Assembly (NCBI GenBank): GCA_963828345.1
Contig: CAWHEZ010000011.1
Location: 3,615-67,614 of the forward strand
Length of the DNA: 64,000 bases
Reading direction: 5' to 3'
Origin: an uncultured delta proteobacterium
GTDB taxonomy: Bacteria > Desulfobacterota > Desulfobacteria > Desulfobacterales > SpSt-501
In this document: piece after piece, positions 41,818 to 52,287 of the stretch
Numbering within the stretch: position 1 is the first letter of the stretch
Layout: each line of letters begins with the position of its first letter
Made by a program: the position numbers and the translations under genes
Notes under the pieces: model-generated
What the model saw: only the letters and a program-made list of their open reading frames with translations
Databases searched by the model: none
What the model was told of the DNA's origin: nothing

Positions 41818-43098
41818 ATGATGAAAAAATCGTTTCTGAGGTTCGGCACTCCCTGCCTGGATCACCCGCCCGCGCCCGCGGGAACCGGCCCGGCGGAGCG
41901 GATCCTGGCGGACGGCCCGGTGACCCTCCTGCACCCCCGCCCGGCCGAGGGCAAGGCCGTCCCGGCCGTGAAGGTCGGCGACCGGGTGAAGGCCGGGCAG
42001 CCGCTGGCGCTCTACGGCGGCCCCGACTACGTCACCGCCCCGCTCGGCGGGCGGGTCGCGGCGCTGCGGCCGGTGAGCGGCTCGTTCGGGCGCATGTCCA
42101 CCGCCGTCACCCTCGTCCACGAGGCCGACCCGACCTCCGACGAGGGGTTCGCCGCCGTGCGCAGCGCCCCGACGCTGGCGGGCGCCATGGCCTTCCTGGC
42201 GCAGCTCCCCGGCCGACCGGGTCTCGAGCGCCTGGCCGACCCGGACCGGCCCATCCGCACCCTCGTGGTCCATGCGGCCGACCCGGACCTGCTCGTCTAC
42301 ACGCACCAGCACGTGCTCGTCACCCGCATCCACGACGTCCGCAGCGGCATCCGGGTGCTGAAGCAGTTGACCGGGATCGAGGAGGTGATCATCCTCGCCC
42401 GCAGCGAAGTCATCCAGGGGCACGGCGAGCTCGGCGCGCACATCCGGACCGTCGACCACCGCTACCCGTCCGCCCTGCCCCCCCTCGTCATGGCGCGCCT
42501 CTTCGGCCGGATCGTCCCGGCCGGGCGGACCCCGGAGGATCTCGGGGTCTGCTTCATGAGCGCGGAAGCCGTGGCCTCGATCGGGGAGGCCTTCGACACG
42601 GGCCGGGTCCCGACGCTGAAGACGCTGACGGTGACCCCGCGGGACGGGCGTCCCCGCATGGTCGCGGTCCCGATCGGAACGCCGGTCGGCCGCATCCTCG
42701 CGCATTTCGGCGTGACGCCCGCGGAAGGCGACCGGGTCGTCCTGGGCGGGCCGATGCGCGGTGCCGCGGTGTACGCGCTCGATCACCCGGTCGAGCCGGA
42801 CACCGACGCCGTCCTCGTGCTGGACGCGGCGCGCGCCGCCGCGGTCTCGGACTACCCCTGCGTCAACTGCGGGGAGTGCGTGCGCGTCTGCCCGGCCCGC
42901 ATGCAGGTCAACCTGCTGGTGCGTTACCTGGAGGCCCAGAAGTACGAGGAGGCCGAGGAGGCCTACGACCTGCAGGCCTGCATCGAGTGCGGCCTGTGCA
43001 GCTACGTGTGTGTCGCGCACATCCCCATCGTCCAACACATCACTCTCGCCAAGCACGAACTGGCGCGCTTCCGCCGGGCGGAGGGAACCAATGGCTGA
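41818..43098 (+). CDS. rnfC: RnfC-like subunit with divergent flavin/NADH-binding region
   Basis: VKVGDRVKAGQ N-domain, YP..L, VPIGTP, GGPMRG, CVNCGECVRVCP, CIECGLCSYVC. Confidence 0.88.
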   Translation: MMKKSFLRFGTPCLDHPPAPAGTGPAERILADGPVTLLHPRPAEGKAVPAVKVGDRVKAGQPLALYGGPDYVTAPLGGRVAALRPVSGSFGRMSTAVTLVHEADPTSDEGFAAVRSAPTLAGAMAFLAQLPGRPGLERLADPDRPIRTLVVHAADPDLLVYTHQHVLVTRIHDVRSGIRVLKQLTGIEEVIILARSEVIQGHGELGAHIRTVDHRYPSALPPLVMARLFGRIVPAGRTPEDLGVCFMSAEAVASIGEAFDTGRVPTLKTLTVTPRDGRPRMVAVPIGTPVGRILAHFGVTPAEGDRVVLGGPMRGAAVYALDHPVEPDTDAVLVLDAARAAAVSDYPCVNCGECVRVCPARMQVNLLVRYLEAQKYEEAEEAYDLQACIECGLCSYVCVAHIPIVQHITLAKHELARFRRAEGTNG

Positions 43099-44050
43099 TC
43101 AGCAACGACTCGTGGTGTCCGCGGCACCCCACTGGCACATCGGCAGCCGGGTCACCGAGCGCAACCGGGATCTCGTCCTGGCGGCCCTGCCGGCCGCCCT
43201 GTTCGGCATCCACCAGTACGGGGCCCCGGCCCTCGGGGTGCTGGCGCTGTCGATCGCTTCGGCCGTGCTCTGGGAGCTCGCCTTCACGCGGGTGGCGGGG
43301 CGACCGGTGACGGTCGGCGACGGGTCGACCGTGGTGATCGGGCTGCTCTTCGGCATGATGCTGCCGGCGACCCTCCCCTGGTGGGCGGTCGTCACCGGCA
43401 CCTTCCTGGCCGTGGTGGTGGCCCGCCAGATCTACGGCGGCATCGGCGCCAACCCGTTCAACCCGGTCGCGGTGGCGGTGGCGATCCTCATGCTGGCCTG
43501 GAAGCAGCGCATGGACGTCGACACGGCGCTCGTCGCCTACGCCTTCGACTACCCGGCGGCCTTCCACCTGGCGGCCGTGAAGGCCTTCGGAACGGGCGCA
43601 ATCAAGGACCTCTCGCTCGCGGACCTCTTCCTCGGGCGGCAGGTCGGGACGATCGGGTCGGCCTTCGGCCCGGGGCTCGTCGCAGGCGGCGTCTACCTCA
43701 TCCTGCGGGGGACGATCCGCTGGGAGATCCCGCTCGCGTTCCTGGCCGGAGTGGCCGCGACCGCGACCGTCTTTCACCTGGCCGACCCCGCGCGCTACGC
43801 CCCCGCGGGCTTCCACCTCGTGACCGGCTTCACGCTGCTCGGTGCGTTCTTCCTCGCGACCGAGGACTCCTCCTCGCCCGTCAACGTCGTCCCCATGCTG
43901 ATCTACGGGGCCATCGGCGGTGCAGTGACCGTGTTCATCCGCACCATCGGGGTCTTCGCGGAAGGCCTGGTGTTCGCCATCCTGGTCGGCAACCTGCTGC
44001 AGCCCCTCCTGGACAAGATCCGTCCGAGGGCGCTCGGAAAGGTCGAGTGA
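43091..44050 (+). CDS. rnfD: RnfD-like membrane subunit lacking the FMN-Thr motif
   Basis: SAAPH, YGGIGANPFNP, DLFLG, IRWEIP, GAFFLATE, EGLVFAILVGN. Confidence 0.92.
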   Translation: MADQQRLVVSAAPHWHIGSRVTERNRDLVLAALPAALFGIHQYGAPALGVLALSIASAVLWELAFTRVAGRPVTVGDGSTVVIGLLFGMMLPATLPWWAVVTGTFLAVVVARQIYGGIGANPFNPVAVAVAILMLAWKQRMDVDTALVAYAFDYPAAFHLAAVKAFGTGAIKDLSLADLFLGRQVGTIGSAFGPGLVAGGVYLILRGTIRWEIPLAFLAGVAATATVFHLADPARYAPAGFHLVTGFTLLGAFFLATEDSSSPVNVVPMLIYGAIGGAVTVFIRTIGVFAEGLVFAILVGNLLQPLLDKIRPRALGKVE

Positions 44051-44053
44051 GCC

Positions 44054-44655
44054 ATGAGAGAGATCATTCGCATGATCGTGTTCCTGACCCTCATCAGCTT
44101 CGCCTCCGGCGGGCTTCTGGCGGCGCTGCGCGAAGGGACCCAGGAACGGATCGACCAGCAGGTGCTGGAATACGTGAAGGGCCCGCTCGATCCGCACCGT
44201 GTTCGCGGGCGCCTCCAATGACCCGGTCGCCACCCGCTTCCAACTCAGCGACGGGGACAAGGCGCGCACCTTCTTCGTCGGGGTCCTGGACGGCGAGGCC
44301 AGCGCGGGGTCGCGCTTCGAAGCGGTCGTCGCCCAAGGGCTACAAGGGCGACGTCGGCCTCATGGTGGCGATTGACGTCAAGACCGACAAGCTGATCGGC
44401 GTCGACGTGACCACCCACAACGAAACCCCGGGACTCGGCGCCAAGGCCAAGACGGACCCGAAGTTCGCCGCCCAGTTCAAGGGGCTGCCGGCGTCCGGGC
44501 CGGTCAAGGTCACCCAGGACGGAGGCTCGATCAACGCCATCAGCGGCGCCACCATCACCTCGCGCGCCGTGTGCGACGCGGTCACCGTTGCCGCCGGGGC
44601 GTACGAGAAGCTCAAGCCGCAGATCGCGGACAAACTGAAAGACGTCAAGAAGTGA
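44054..44655 (+). CDS. rnfG: RnfG FMN-binding subunit (frameshifts ~44190-44335)
   Basis: N-terminal TM helix, GYKGDV, HNETPGLG, AISGATITS. Confidence 0.9.
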
Positions 44656-44667
44656 CGAACGGGGAAC

Positions 44668-44767
44668 GTGTTAAGTTTCAAGTGTTAGGTTTTAAGTGGT
44701 TGAGCCGGCCCGAGACGATACTGCAGATGTCTCTTTTTCTTAAAACTTAAAACTTTGAACTTAAAAC
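44668..44767. repeat. Intergenic palindrome of tandem heptamers (GTTTTAA/TTAAAAC type)
   Basis: gtgttaa-gtttcaa-gtgttag-gttttaa-gtggttg ... ttaaaac-ttaaaac-tttgaac-ttaaaac. Confidence 0.8.
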
Positions 44768-44790
44768 CGCTTCTGCATTAAGGATAGAAA

Positions 44791-45398
44791 ATGGCCAGAA
44801 CCATCACCCAGGAATTCACGAAGGGCCTCTGGGCCGAGATCCCCCCCTTCCGCCTGGTGCTCGGGCTCTGCCCCACCTGGCGATCACCAACACGGTCGAG
44901 AACGCCTACGGGATGGGGATCGCGGTGACCTTCGTGCTCACCTTTTCGAACATCCTGATCTCGGCTGCTGCGCAAGGTCATCCCGCCCAAGGTGCGCATC
45001 GTCGCCTTCATCGTCGTCATCGCCACCTTCGTGTGCGTGGTCGAACTCGTGATGCAGGCCTACACCTACGGGCTGTTCATGAAGCTCGGGCATCTACATC
45101 CCGCTCATCGTCGTGAACTGCATCCCGATGGGACGGGCCGAGGCATTCGCGAGCCGCTACAGGGTCGTCCGTTCGACGCTGGACGGGCTGGGCTGGGGAT
45201 CGGCTACACGCTCGTCGCTGACGACGCTCGCCTTCTTCCGCGAGAGTGATCGCCACCGGCGCGATCACCTTCTATGAAACGCCGCTCGCCGTGTTCGGCG
45301 CCGCGTTCGAGCCCTTCAAGTTCCTCGTGGAGGCCCCGGGCGCCTTCGTCTGTTTAGGCCTGATGCTGGGAGTGATGAACATCCTGGGGAAAAAGTAG
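44791..45398 (+). CDS. rnfE: RnfE membrane subunit (several frameshifts)
   Basis: LVLGLCPT, IPPKVRIVAFIVVIATFV, IPLIVVNCI..GRAE, APGAFVCLG across frames. Confidence 0.88.
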
Positions 45399-45407
45399 GA
45401 GACTGCC

Positions 45408-45987
45408 ATGTTCGGCGACCTGTTCACCCTGTTCTTCAGCTGTGTTCTGATCAACAACATCCTGCTGATCCAGTACCTCGGGAACTGCCCGTTCCTGGGC
45501 ACCTCCAAGAAGATGGAGACGGCGGTCGGGATGGCCATGGCGGTGGTGTTCGTGCTGGTGCTGGCGGGGATCATTACCTGGCTGGTGGAGTGGTACGTGC
45601 TGGCGCCCTTCGACCTGCGCTACCTGCGGACGATCGCCTTCATCCTGGTCATCGCCGCCCTGGTGCAGTTCGTGGAAATGTTCCTCAAGAAAAGCATCCC
45701 CGCGCTGTACACGGGGCTGGGCATCTTCCTGCCCCTCATCACCACCAACTGCGCGGTCCTCGGTGTGTGCCTGATCAACATCGGCAAGGAACTACACGTT
45801 CATCCAGATGCTCGTGTCCTCGTTCGCCTACCCCGTCGGCTTCGGCCTGGCGCTGGTCCTCTTCGCGGGCGTGCGCGAGCGCATCCTGCTCGCCCGCACC
45901 CCGAAGCCCTTCCAGGACACGGCGATCGGCCTGGTCACGGCCGGCATGCTGTCGCTATCCTTCTTCGCCTTTAAAGGGTGGATGTAA
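45408..45987 (+). CDS. rnfA: RnfA membrane subunit (frameshift near 45790)
   Basis: NNILLIQYLGNCPFLG, LVQFVEM, LGIFLPLITTNCAVLG, FAGVRERI. Confidence 0.93.
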
Positions 45988-45994
45988 GAAACGG

Positions 45995-46071
45995 GCGTCC
46001 AGGGTTCGGGGTTCAGGAAAAAAAGCCGCCCGGGTGTTGTTTTCTCCTCCTGAACCCTGAACCCCGAACCC
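45995..46071. repeat. Palindrome of tandem heptamers (GGGTTCA/TGAACCC) between convergent rnfA and rluD-like genes
   Basis: gcgtcca-gggttcg-gggttca ... tgaaccc-tgaaccc-cgaaccc. Confidence 0.75.
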
Positions 46072-47016
46072 TACGTTTCTGAACCGCCCTCCCCTCCCAG
46101 CTCCCGCAGCACTCCCCAGCATATCCTCCGGCAGCGGCGACTCGAAGCTCATCCGCTCGCCGGTGCGCGGGTGGTCGAGCTCGAGCCGCAGGGCGTGCAG
46201 CATCTGCCGCCGCAGCCCCCGGCGCTCACCGCCCCGGTCGCGACCGTAGACCGGGTCTCCGAGAATCGGATGACCGACGGCGGCGCAGTGCACCCGGATC
46301 TGGTGCGTGCGCCCGGTGCGCAGCCGCAGCTCGAGCAGCGTGACCTCGCCCAGCACGTGCCTCACCCGCCACTCGGTTTCGGCCCCCCGCCCCCTGCGGC
46401 TCACGGTCGACATGCGCTTGCGGTCCACGGGATGGCGGCCGATCGCCAGGCGCACGACGCCGCTCGGCGCGGGCATCTGCCCGTGGACGAGCGCGAGGTA
46501 GACCTTGCCGACCGTGCGGCGCTTGAACTGGGCGGCGAGGTGCTCCAGGGCGGCGGCCGTCTTGGCCACCACGAGGGTCCCGGTCGTGTCCTTGTCCAGC
46601 CGGTGGACGATCCCCGGACGGAGTTCGGCGCCGATGCCGGTCAGATCCGGGCAGTGGTAGAGCAGGGCGTTGACGAGCGTTCCGGAGCGATGCCCCGGGG
46701 CGGGGTGGACCACGAGCCCGGCGGGCTTGTTGACCACGATGATGTCGGCGTCTTCGTAAAGAATGGACAGAGGGATGGGTTCAGGTTGGAACCCGCAGGG
46801 CTGAGGGGCCGGAAGCCGTCCGGAAACGACGTCACCCGCCTTGAGGCGGTAGCTCGGTTTCCGAGCCTGTCCGTTGACCTTGAACCGCTCGGTCGTTATG
46901 AGGTGAACGGCCAACGAACGCGAACAGTCGGGCAGACGTTCTGCAATAAAGACATCTAAACGGATGCCGCGGCAAGCGGCATCCGCAGGGAGGGAGAAGG
47001 CGTCACCGCAGCCCAT
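46071..47016 (-). CDS. rluD: RluA-family pseudouridine synthase (RluD-like); probable C-terminal indel
   Basis: S4 domain RLDVFI, NKPAGLVVHP, HRLDKDTTG, TGRTHQIRVH. Confidence 0.9.
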
Positions 47017-47035
47017 GGCGGCCGGCCCCGGGGCC

Positions 47036-47584
47036 TCAGGCGGCTTCGTGGGAGAACAGGGACTCGATCTCGAGGATGATGGTCTTCTCGTCGGTCTTCT
47101 TGGCCTTCGAGAGTTCCTTGACCAGCAGCACCTGGGCGGTGTCGTAGAGCTTGCGTTCGCCGAACGACAGGTCCTTGGTCAGCTTGAGGCGGAAAAGGTC
47201 GCGAAACACTTCGGCGACGTCGTAGAGCGAGCCGGTCTTGATCTTTTCCATGTATTCGCGGTAGCGCCGGTTCCAGGTCTGATTGTCGGCCAGGACCTCT
47301 CGCTTGGTTTTCATCACCGCGTAAACCTTTGGAATTTCCTTCACATCGATCAGGCAGCGCAACCCCACCGAGTCCACGTTGCGGATGGGGATCATGATGA
47401 CCATGCCGTTTTCGAGCACCTTGAGGATGTAGAAATCGTGCTGCTCGCCGTTGACCACGCGGGTCTCGACGGCCTGGATCTGCCCCACGCCGTGGGCGGG
47501 ATAAACGGCGAGATCGCCGACCCGGAATTTGCGGGATTTCGAGTTCGTCGGCCGCGCGGTTTCTTTTGGAGTCTTCCCAGCCAT
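47036..47584 (-). CDS. carD: CarD/CdnL-family RNA polymerase-binding regulator
   Basis: FRVGDLAVYPAHGVG, TWNRRYR, LSFGERK. Confidence 0.93.
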   Translation of the reverse strand: MAGKTPKETARPTNSKSRKFRVGDLAVYPAHGVGQIQAVETRVVNGEQHDFYILKVLENGMVIMIPIRNVDSVGLRCLIDVKEIPKVYAVMKTKREVLADNQTWNRRYREYMEKIKTGSLYDVAEVFRDLFRLKLTKDLSFGERKLYDTAQVLLVKELSKAKKTDEKTIILEIESLFSHEAA

Positions 47585-47663
47585 ATGCTTCACTTGTCCT
47601 ACGTACTGCGGATTCGGCTCATTTAGTTGAAATTCTTTATCATATCCGGCGAGTTTCTACAAT

Positions 47664-47697
47664 AGAAAAGGCCGGCGCCCTGCGGCGCCGGCCTTCT
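47664..47697 (-). terminator. Intrinsic terminator downstream of hppA
   Basis: aaggccggcgcc-ctgc-ggcgccggcctt 12-bp stem followed by a T-run on the minus strand. Confidence 0.65.
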
Positions 47698-47722
47698 GAA
47701 GCGTGGAGCGTTACCGGATGGC

Positions 47723-49759
47723 CTACAGCAGGAACGGAACCAGCAGCAGGGCCACCACGTTCAGGATCTTGATCATGGGGTTGACGGCGGGACCGGCGGT
47801 GTCTTTGTACGGGTCGCCGACAGTGTCGCCGGTGACGGCCGCCTTGTGAGTGTCGCTGCCCTTGCCGCCGAAGTGCCCGTCTTCAACATATTTCTTCGCA
47901 TTGTCCCAGGCGGCTCCGCCCGTGGTCATCGAAATGGCCACGAACACGCCGGTGACGATGCTGCCGATCAGCAGGCCGCCCAGGGCGATCTTGCCGAGCA
48001 GCAACCCGACGACGATCGGGGTGACGACCGGCAGCAGGGCCGGGATCATCATCTCCTTCAGCGCGAACTTGGTGACGATGTCCACGCAGGCGGCGTAATC
48101 CGGCTTGCCGGTGCCTTCCATGATCCCCGGGATTTCACGGAACTGCCGACGCACTTCCTCGACCACCGCGCCGCCGGCCTTGCCGACCGCCATCATGGCG
48201 ATGGAGGCGAACAGGTAGGGCAGCAGGCCGCCGATGAAGAGGCCGATGATGACGTTCACGTCGCTCAGGTCAAACCGCAACTCCACCCCGCTGCCGAGCA
48301 GAGCGAACTCCTGCGTGTAGGCGGCGAACAGCACCAGGGCGGCCAGACCGGCGGAGCCGATGGCATAGCCCTTGGTGACGGCCTTGGTGGTGTTGCCGAC
48401 CGCATCCAGGGGGTCGGTGACGGCGCGGACGCTTTCTTCCATCTCGGCCATCTCGGCGATGCCGCCGGCGTTGTCCGTGATCGGGCCGTAGGCGTCGATC
48501 GCGATGACCATGCCGGTCATGGAAAGCATGGACATGGCCGCCATGGCGATGCCGTAGAGACCGGCGAAATAATGGGCCATCCCGATGGCCAGGCAGATGA
48601 CGAGCACCGGCGCCGCGGTGGACTGCATGCTGACGGCGAGACCGGCGATGATGTTGGTGCCGTGGCCGGTGGTGGACGCCTGCGCGATCCCCTTCACGGG
48701 GCCGTACTTGCCGGTGTAGTACTCGGTGATGATGACGATCACGACCGTCAGGATGAGCCCCACCAGCGTGGACAGGTAGATGTTCATGCTGGAGATCTGC
48801 TTGCCGCCGACCAGGGTCAGAGTCGGCATCAGGTTCTGGATGGCGAAGAAGAAGACGATGGCCGCGATGATGGCGCTGCCGAACATGCCCTTGTAAAGGG
48901 CGCCCATGATGTACTCGTTTTTGCCCAGGCGCACGAAGAACACGCCGATGATGGAGGCGACGATGGAAATGGCGCCCAGCACCAGCGGGAACTCGGTCGC
49001 GATGAGATTTTTCGGGAACAGCAGGTTGCCGAGCAGCATCGCGGCCACCGCGGTCACGGCGTAGGTCTCGAACAGGTCGGCCGCCATGCCGGCGCAGTCG
49101 CCGACGTTGTCGCCCACGTTGTCGGCGATGACCGCCGGGTTGCGCGGGTCGTCTTCGGGAATCCCGGCCTCAACCTTGCCGACCAGGTCCGCGCCGACGT
49201 CCGCACCCTTGGTGAAGATGCCGCCGCCCAGCCGCGCGAAGATCGAAATCAGGCTGCCGCCGAAGCCCAGCGCCACCAGGGCGACCACCGCGTCGCGGGT
49301 GGAAATCCCCATGTGGAGCAGAATGGCGTAATACCCGGCCACGGCCGTCAGCGCCAGGCCGGCGACGATCATGCCGGTGACCGAGCCGCCGCGGAACGCC
49401 AGCTGCAGGGCCGCATTCAGGCCTTTGCGGGCCGCTTCGGAGACGCGCACGTTGGCGATGACCGACACCCGCATGCCGATGTAGCCTGCCAGGTAGGACG
49501 CCACGGCCCCGACCAGGAAGCCGATCGCCGTCGTCAGCTTCATGGTGACGGCGATGATGATGAAAATGATGATTCCGGTAATGCTGACGCTTTTCAGCTG
49601 GCGGTTCAGATAGGCGATGGCGCCTTCTGCAATCGCGCCGGAGATCTGCTGCATCCGCTCGTTTCCGGCCGGAGCGCTCTTGACCATGCCGGCCACGATG
49701 ATGGCGTAGAGCACGCCGGCAACACCCACTAATGTGCACACCAACGGTAGATAGTTCAT
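47723..49759 (-). CDS. hppA: Membrane-bound ion-translocating pyrophosphatase, K+-independent H+-PPase signature
   Basis: [29 protein letters not shown] (Lys variant), [10 protein letters not shown]. Confidence 0.96.
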   Translation of the reverse strand: MNYLPLVCTLVGVAGVLYAIIVAGMVKSAPAGNERMQQISGAIAEGAIAYLNRQLKSVSITGIIIFIIIAVTMKLTTAIGFLVGAVASYLAGYIGMRVSVIANVRVSEAARKGLNAALQLAFRGGSVTGMIVAGLALTAVAGYYAILLHMGISTRDAVVALVALGFGGSLISIFARLGGGIFTKGADVGADLVGKVEAGIPEDDPRNPAVIADNVGDNVGDCAGMAADLFETYAVTAVAAMLLGNLLFPKNLIATEFPLVLGAISIVASIIGVFFVRLGKNEYIMGALYKGMFGSAIIAAIVFFFAIQNLMPTLTLVGGKQISSMNIYLSTLVGLILTVVIVIITEYYTGKYGPVKGIAQASTTGHGTNIIAGLAVSMQSTAAPVLVICLAIGMAHYFAGLYGIAMAAMSMLSMTGMVIAIDAYGPITDNAGGIAEMAEMEESVRAVTDPLDAVGNTTKAVTKGYAIGSAGLAALVLFAAYTQEFALLGSGVELRFDLSDVNVIIGLFIGGLLPYLFASIAMMAVGKAGGAVVEEVRRQFREIPGIMEGTGKPDYAACVDIVTKFALKEMMIPALLPVVTPIVVGLLLGKIALGGLLIGSIVTGVFVAISMTTGGAAWDNAKKYVEDGHFGGKGSDTHKAAVTGDTVGDPYKDTAGPAVNPMIKILNVVALLLVPFLL

Positions 49760-49783
49760 CCTCTCCTCCCTGATGTCTGGACG

Positions 49784-50407
49784 TTAATCGATACGCGTGA
49801 TGAGTTTGGTGTTGAACTGGTTCATCCCGACTTTGATTCCCTTGCACAGGATCGTGACGACGGCATCCCGCGCCCGGTCGATGATCTGCGGCAGAACGAC
49901 CGCTTCCGTTGGGAGGAAGCGATCCAGCACAAAATCGGCCACCCGTTCCCCGCTGTCCGAACGCCCGATGCCCACCCGCAGACGCGCGAAATCACCCCCG
50001 CCGAAGGCATCGACCAACGATCTTATGCCATTGTGCCCGCCGTGCCCTCCTTTCTCCTTGATTTTAAAACGCCCGTAGTCCAGGTCGATGTCGTCGTGGA
50101 TGACCAACACCTCCCGGCTCGAAATCTGGAAAAAGTCCGCCAGTGCACGCACCGGCGGCCCACTACGGTTCATGAAGGAATTCGGTTTGGCGAGAATGAT
50201 CTCGTTGCCCTCGAGACGCCCGCGGCCGAACACGGCCCCGAACTTCTCGCGCCCGAGGGGAATGCCGGCGTCGCCGGCCAGCCGGTCCGCCACCATGAAG
50301 CCGACATTGTGCCGGGTGGACGCATAGCGCTCACCCGGGTTCCCGAGCCCCACCACCAGGCGCAACCGCGCCTGCGGTCGCTCGTTGTCGACATCCTCCT
50401 GGGCCAT
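49784..50407 (-). CDS. pth: Peptidyl-tRNA hydrolase
   Basis: GLGNPG..Y..TRHNVG, FMNRSG, HDDID, GGHNG. Confidence 0.97.
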   Translation of the reverse strand: MAQEDVDNERPQARLRLVVGLGNPGERYASTRHNVGFMVADRLAGDAGIPLGREKFGAVFGRGRLEGNEIILAKPNSFMNRSGPPVRALADFFQISSREVLVIHDDIDLDYGRFKIKEKGGHGGHNGIRSLVDAFGGGDFARLRVGIGRSDSGERVADFVLDRFLPTEAVVLPQIIDRARDAVVTILCKGIKVGMNQFNTKLITRID

Positions 50408-50467
50408 GACCTCTGCCGGCTCGAACCGCCTCCGGCTCCGGGCGGTTCACCACGCGGCGGCGCGTCC

Positions 50468-51124
50468 CTATTCGGCGGCCGCCTCGGTTTTGCCTTCGGC
50501 CGTTGCTTCGGCGCCCTCGGCCGCCTCACCCTCGGCCGGCGCGGCCGTCGGTGCGGCTTCGGCCTTCGGGCTCACCACGGTCACCAGCGTGTAGTTCGCG
50601 GCCGACGGCAACTCGACGCCGGCCGGCAGCGCAAGGTCCTTCACGTGCAGCACATCGCCGATGCCGAGCGCGCTCACGTCGAGTTCCAGGCTGTCGGGGA
50701 TTTCCTGCGGCAGACAGAGCACCTCGATCTCACGCTCGATGATCTGCAGCATCCCGCCGTCCTCCTCGCCCGCGGCCTTGCCCTTGATCGCCAGCGGGAC
50801 CATGATCCGCAGTTTGCGGTTCATGTCGATCTCGTAGAAATCGGCGTGCAGGAAGCGCCCGGTGACCGGGTGAGCCTGGAGCTCCTTGATGACGACCGGC
50901 TTGGCGCCGGTCTGGCTGCCCTGAACGGTCAACGAAAAGATCGTCCGCCGGAGGTTGCCCTTCTGGACGACGTGTTCGAGGTCCCGGATGTTGACGGCCA
51001 GCATGACCGGCGGGGTCGTGGGGCCGTAGAGCACGGCCGGCATCGACCCCTCGCGGCGCAGTCTGCGCGCGGGCCCGTTGCCGGAGCTTTGTCTGATGTT
51101 GGCACTGAGTTCCACCTGTTTCAA
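50468..51124 (-). CDS. rplY: 50S ribosomal protein L25/Ctc
   Basis: ARRLRREG..PAVLYG, HADFY, acidic Ala-rich tail. Confidence 0.96.
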   Translation of the reverse strand: MKQVELSANIRQSSGNGPARRLRREGSMPAVLYGPTTPPVMLAVNIRDLEHVVQKGNLRRTIFSLTVQGSQTGAKPVVIKELQAHPVTGRFLHADFYEIDMNRKLRIMVPLAIKGKAAGEEDGGMLQIIEREIEVLCLPQEIPDSLELDVSALGIGDVLHVKDLALPAGVELPSAANYTLVTVVSPKAEAAPTAAPAEGEAAEGAEATAEGKTEAAAE

Positions 51125-51212
51125 AACCGTATCCTCCTTGACCTTAATGTTCGAGGCGTCCGCTGCGGCCGGTGACCGGTCCGCGCGGGCGCCGCTTGCC
51201 CATGGGATGCAC

Positions 51213-52157
51213 CTACACGAAGAGCGAGGTCACCGAATCCCCGCGGTAGCTGCGGACGATCGCCTCGCCCACCAGCTCCGCAATCGAGAGCACGCGGATC
51301 TTGCCGCACGCCTGCGCGTTGGCCCCCAGCGGGATCGTGTCGGTGACGACCACGCTTTTGAGCGCCGAACCGCAAATGCGGTCCACCGCCGGCCCGGAGA
51401 GCACCGGGTGGGCGCAGCAGGCGTGGATTTCACGCGCACCCTCGCGCGCCAAGGCTTCGGCCGCCTCCACCAGGGTGCCGGCGGTGTCCACCATGTCGTC
51501 CAGGATGATGGCCACCTTGTCGCGCACGTTGCCGATGACGGCCATCGCCTTGGCCTGGTTGGGCGCGGAGCGACGCTTGTCGATGATGGCCAGGTCCGCG
51601 TCCAGGCGCTTGGCGAACGCCCGCGCGCGTTCCACGCCGCCCGCGTCCGGGGAGACGATGGCCAGGTTGCCGTCGAAGCGCTCGCGGATGTGCCGGATCA
51701 GCACCGGCGCCGCGAACAGGTTGTCCACGGGGATGTTGAAGAACCCCTGGATCTGTCCTGCGTGCAGGTCCATCGTGATGACGCGGTGGGCGCCGGCCAC
51801 GGTGATCATGTCCGCCACCAGCTTGGCGCTGATCGGCACGCGCGGGGCGACCTTCTTGTCCTGGCGCGAGTAGCCGTAGTACGGCAGCACGGCCGTGATC
51901 CGGCGCGCCGAGGACCGCTTGAAGGCGTCGATCATCAGCAGCAGCTCGACCAGGCTGTCGTTGACCGGAGCGCAGGTCGACTGGACGACGAAGACGTCCT
52001 TCGAGCGCACGTTCTCGAGGATCTCGATCTGGATCTCCCCGTCGCTGAACGTGGTGACCTTGGCCCCGCCCAGCGGGATTTTCAGGTAGTCGCAGATCCT
52101 CTGCGCCAGCGCCGGATTCGAGTTTCCCGCGAAGATGAAAATGCCGTTGCCGTCCAT
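51213..52157 (-). CDS. prs: Ribose-phosphate pyrophosphokinase
   Basis: [41 protein letters not shown]. Confidence 0.98.
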   Translation of the reverse strand: MDGNGIFIFAGNSNPALAQRICDYLKIPLGGAKVTTFSDGEIQIEILENVRSKDVFVVQSTCAPVNDSLVELLLMIDAFKRSSARRITAVLPYYGYSRQDKKVAPRVPISAKLVADMITVAGAHRVITMDLHAGQIQGFFNIPVDNLFAAPVLIRHIRERFDGNLAIVSPDAGGVERARAFAKRLDADLAIIDKRRSAPNQAKAMAVIGNVRDKVAIILDDMVDTAGTLVEAAEALAREGAREIHACCAHPVLSGPAVDRICGSALKSVVVTDTIPLGANAQACGKIRVLSIAELVGEAIVRSYRGDSVTSLFV

Positions 52158-52182
52158 GCTGTCCCCGTGGTCCCGTCACGTC

Positions 52183-52257
52183 TGGCTGGGGCGGGAGGAT
52201 TCGAACCTCCGAGTGCAGGAACCAAAGTCCTGTGTCTTACCGCTTGACGACGCCCCA
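52183..52257 (-). tRNA. tRNA-Gln (anticodon TTG)
   Basis: Minus strand TGGGGCGTCGTCAAGCGGTAAGACACAGGAC-TTTGG-TTCCTG...GGTTCGAATCC...CGCCCCAGCCA; cloverleaf with encoded CCA; usual ispE-tRNA-Gln-prs synteny. Confidence 0.95.
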
Positions 52258-52287
52258 GAAACCCGATTCGGCCTGCGAGGGCCGAGC

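Noticed and set aside
44054-45987. rnfG/E/A as true pseudogenes or programmed frameshifts
   Set aside because: Multiple scattered indels with intact motifs and no consistent slippery site; the same pattern occurs in essential murG, so sequencing error is more likely.
35693-46071. CRISPR array interpretation of the short repeats
   Set aside because: Units are 7-8 nt, directly tandem and inverted, with no 23-47 nt repeat-spacer periodicity and no cas genes.
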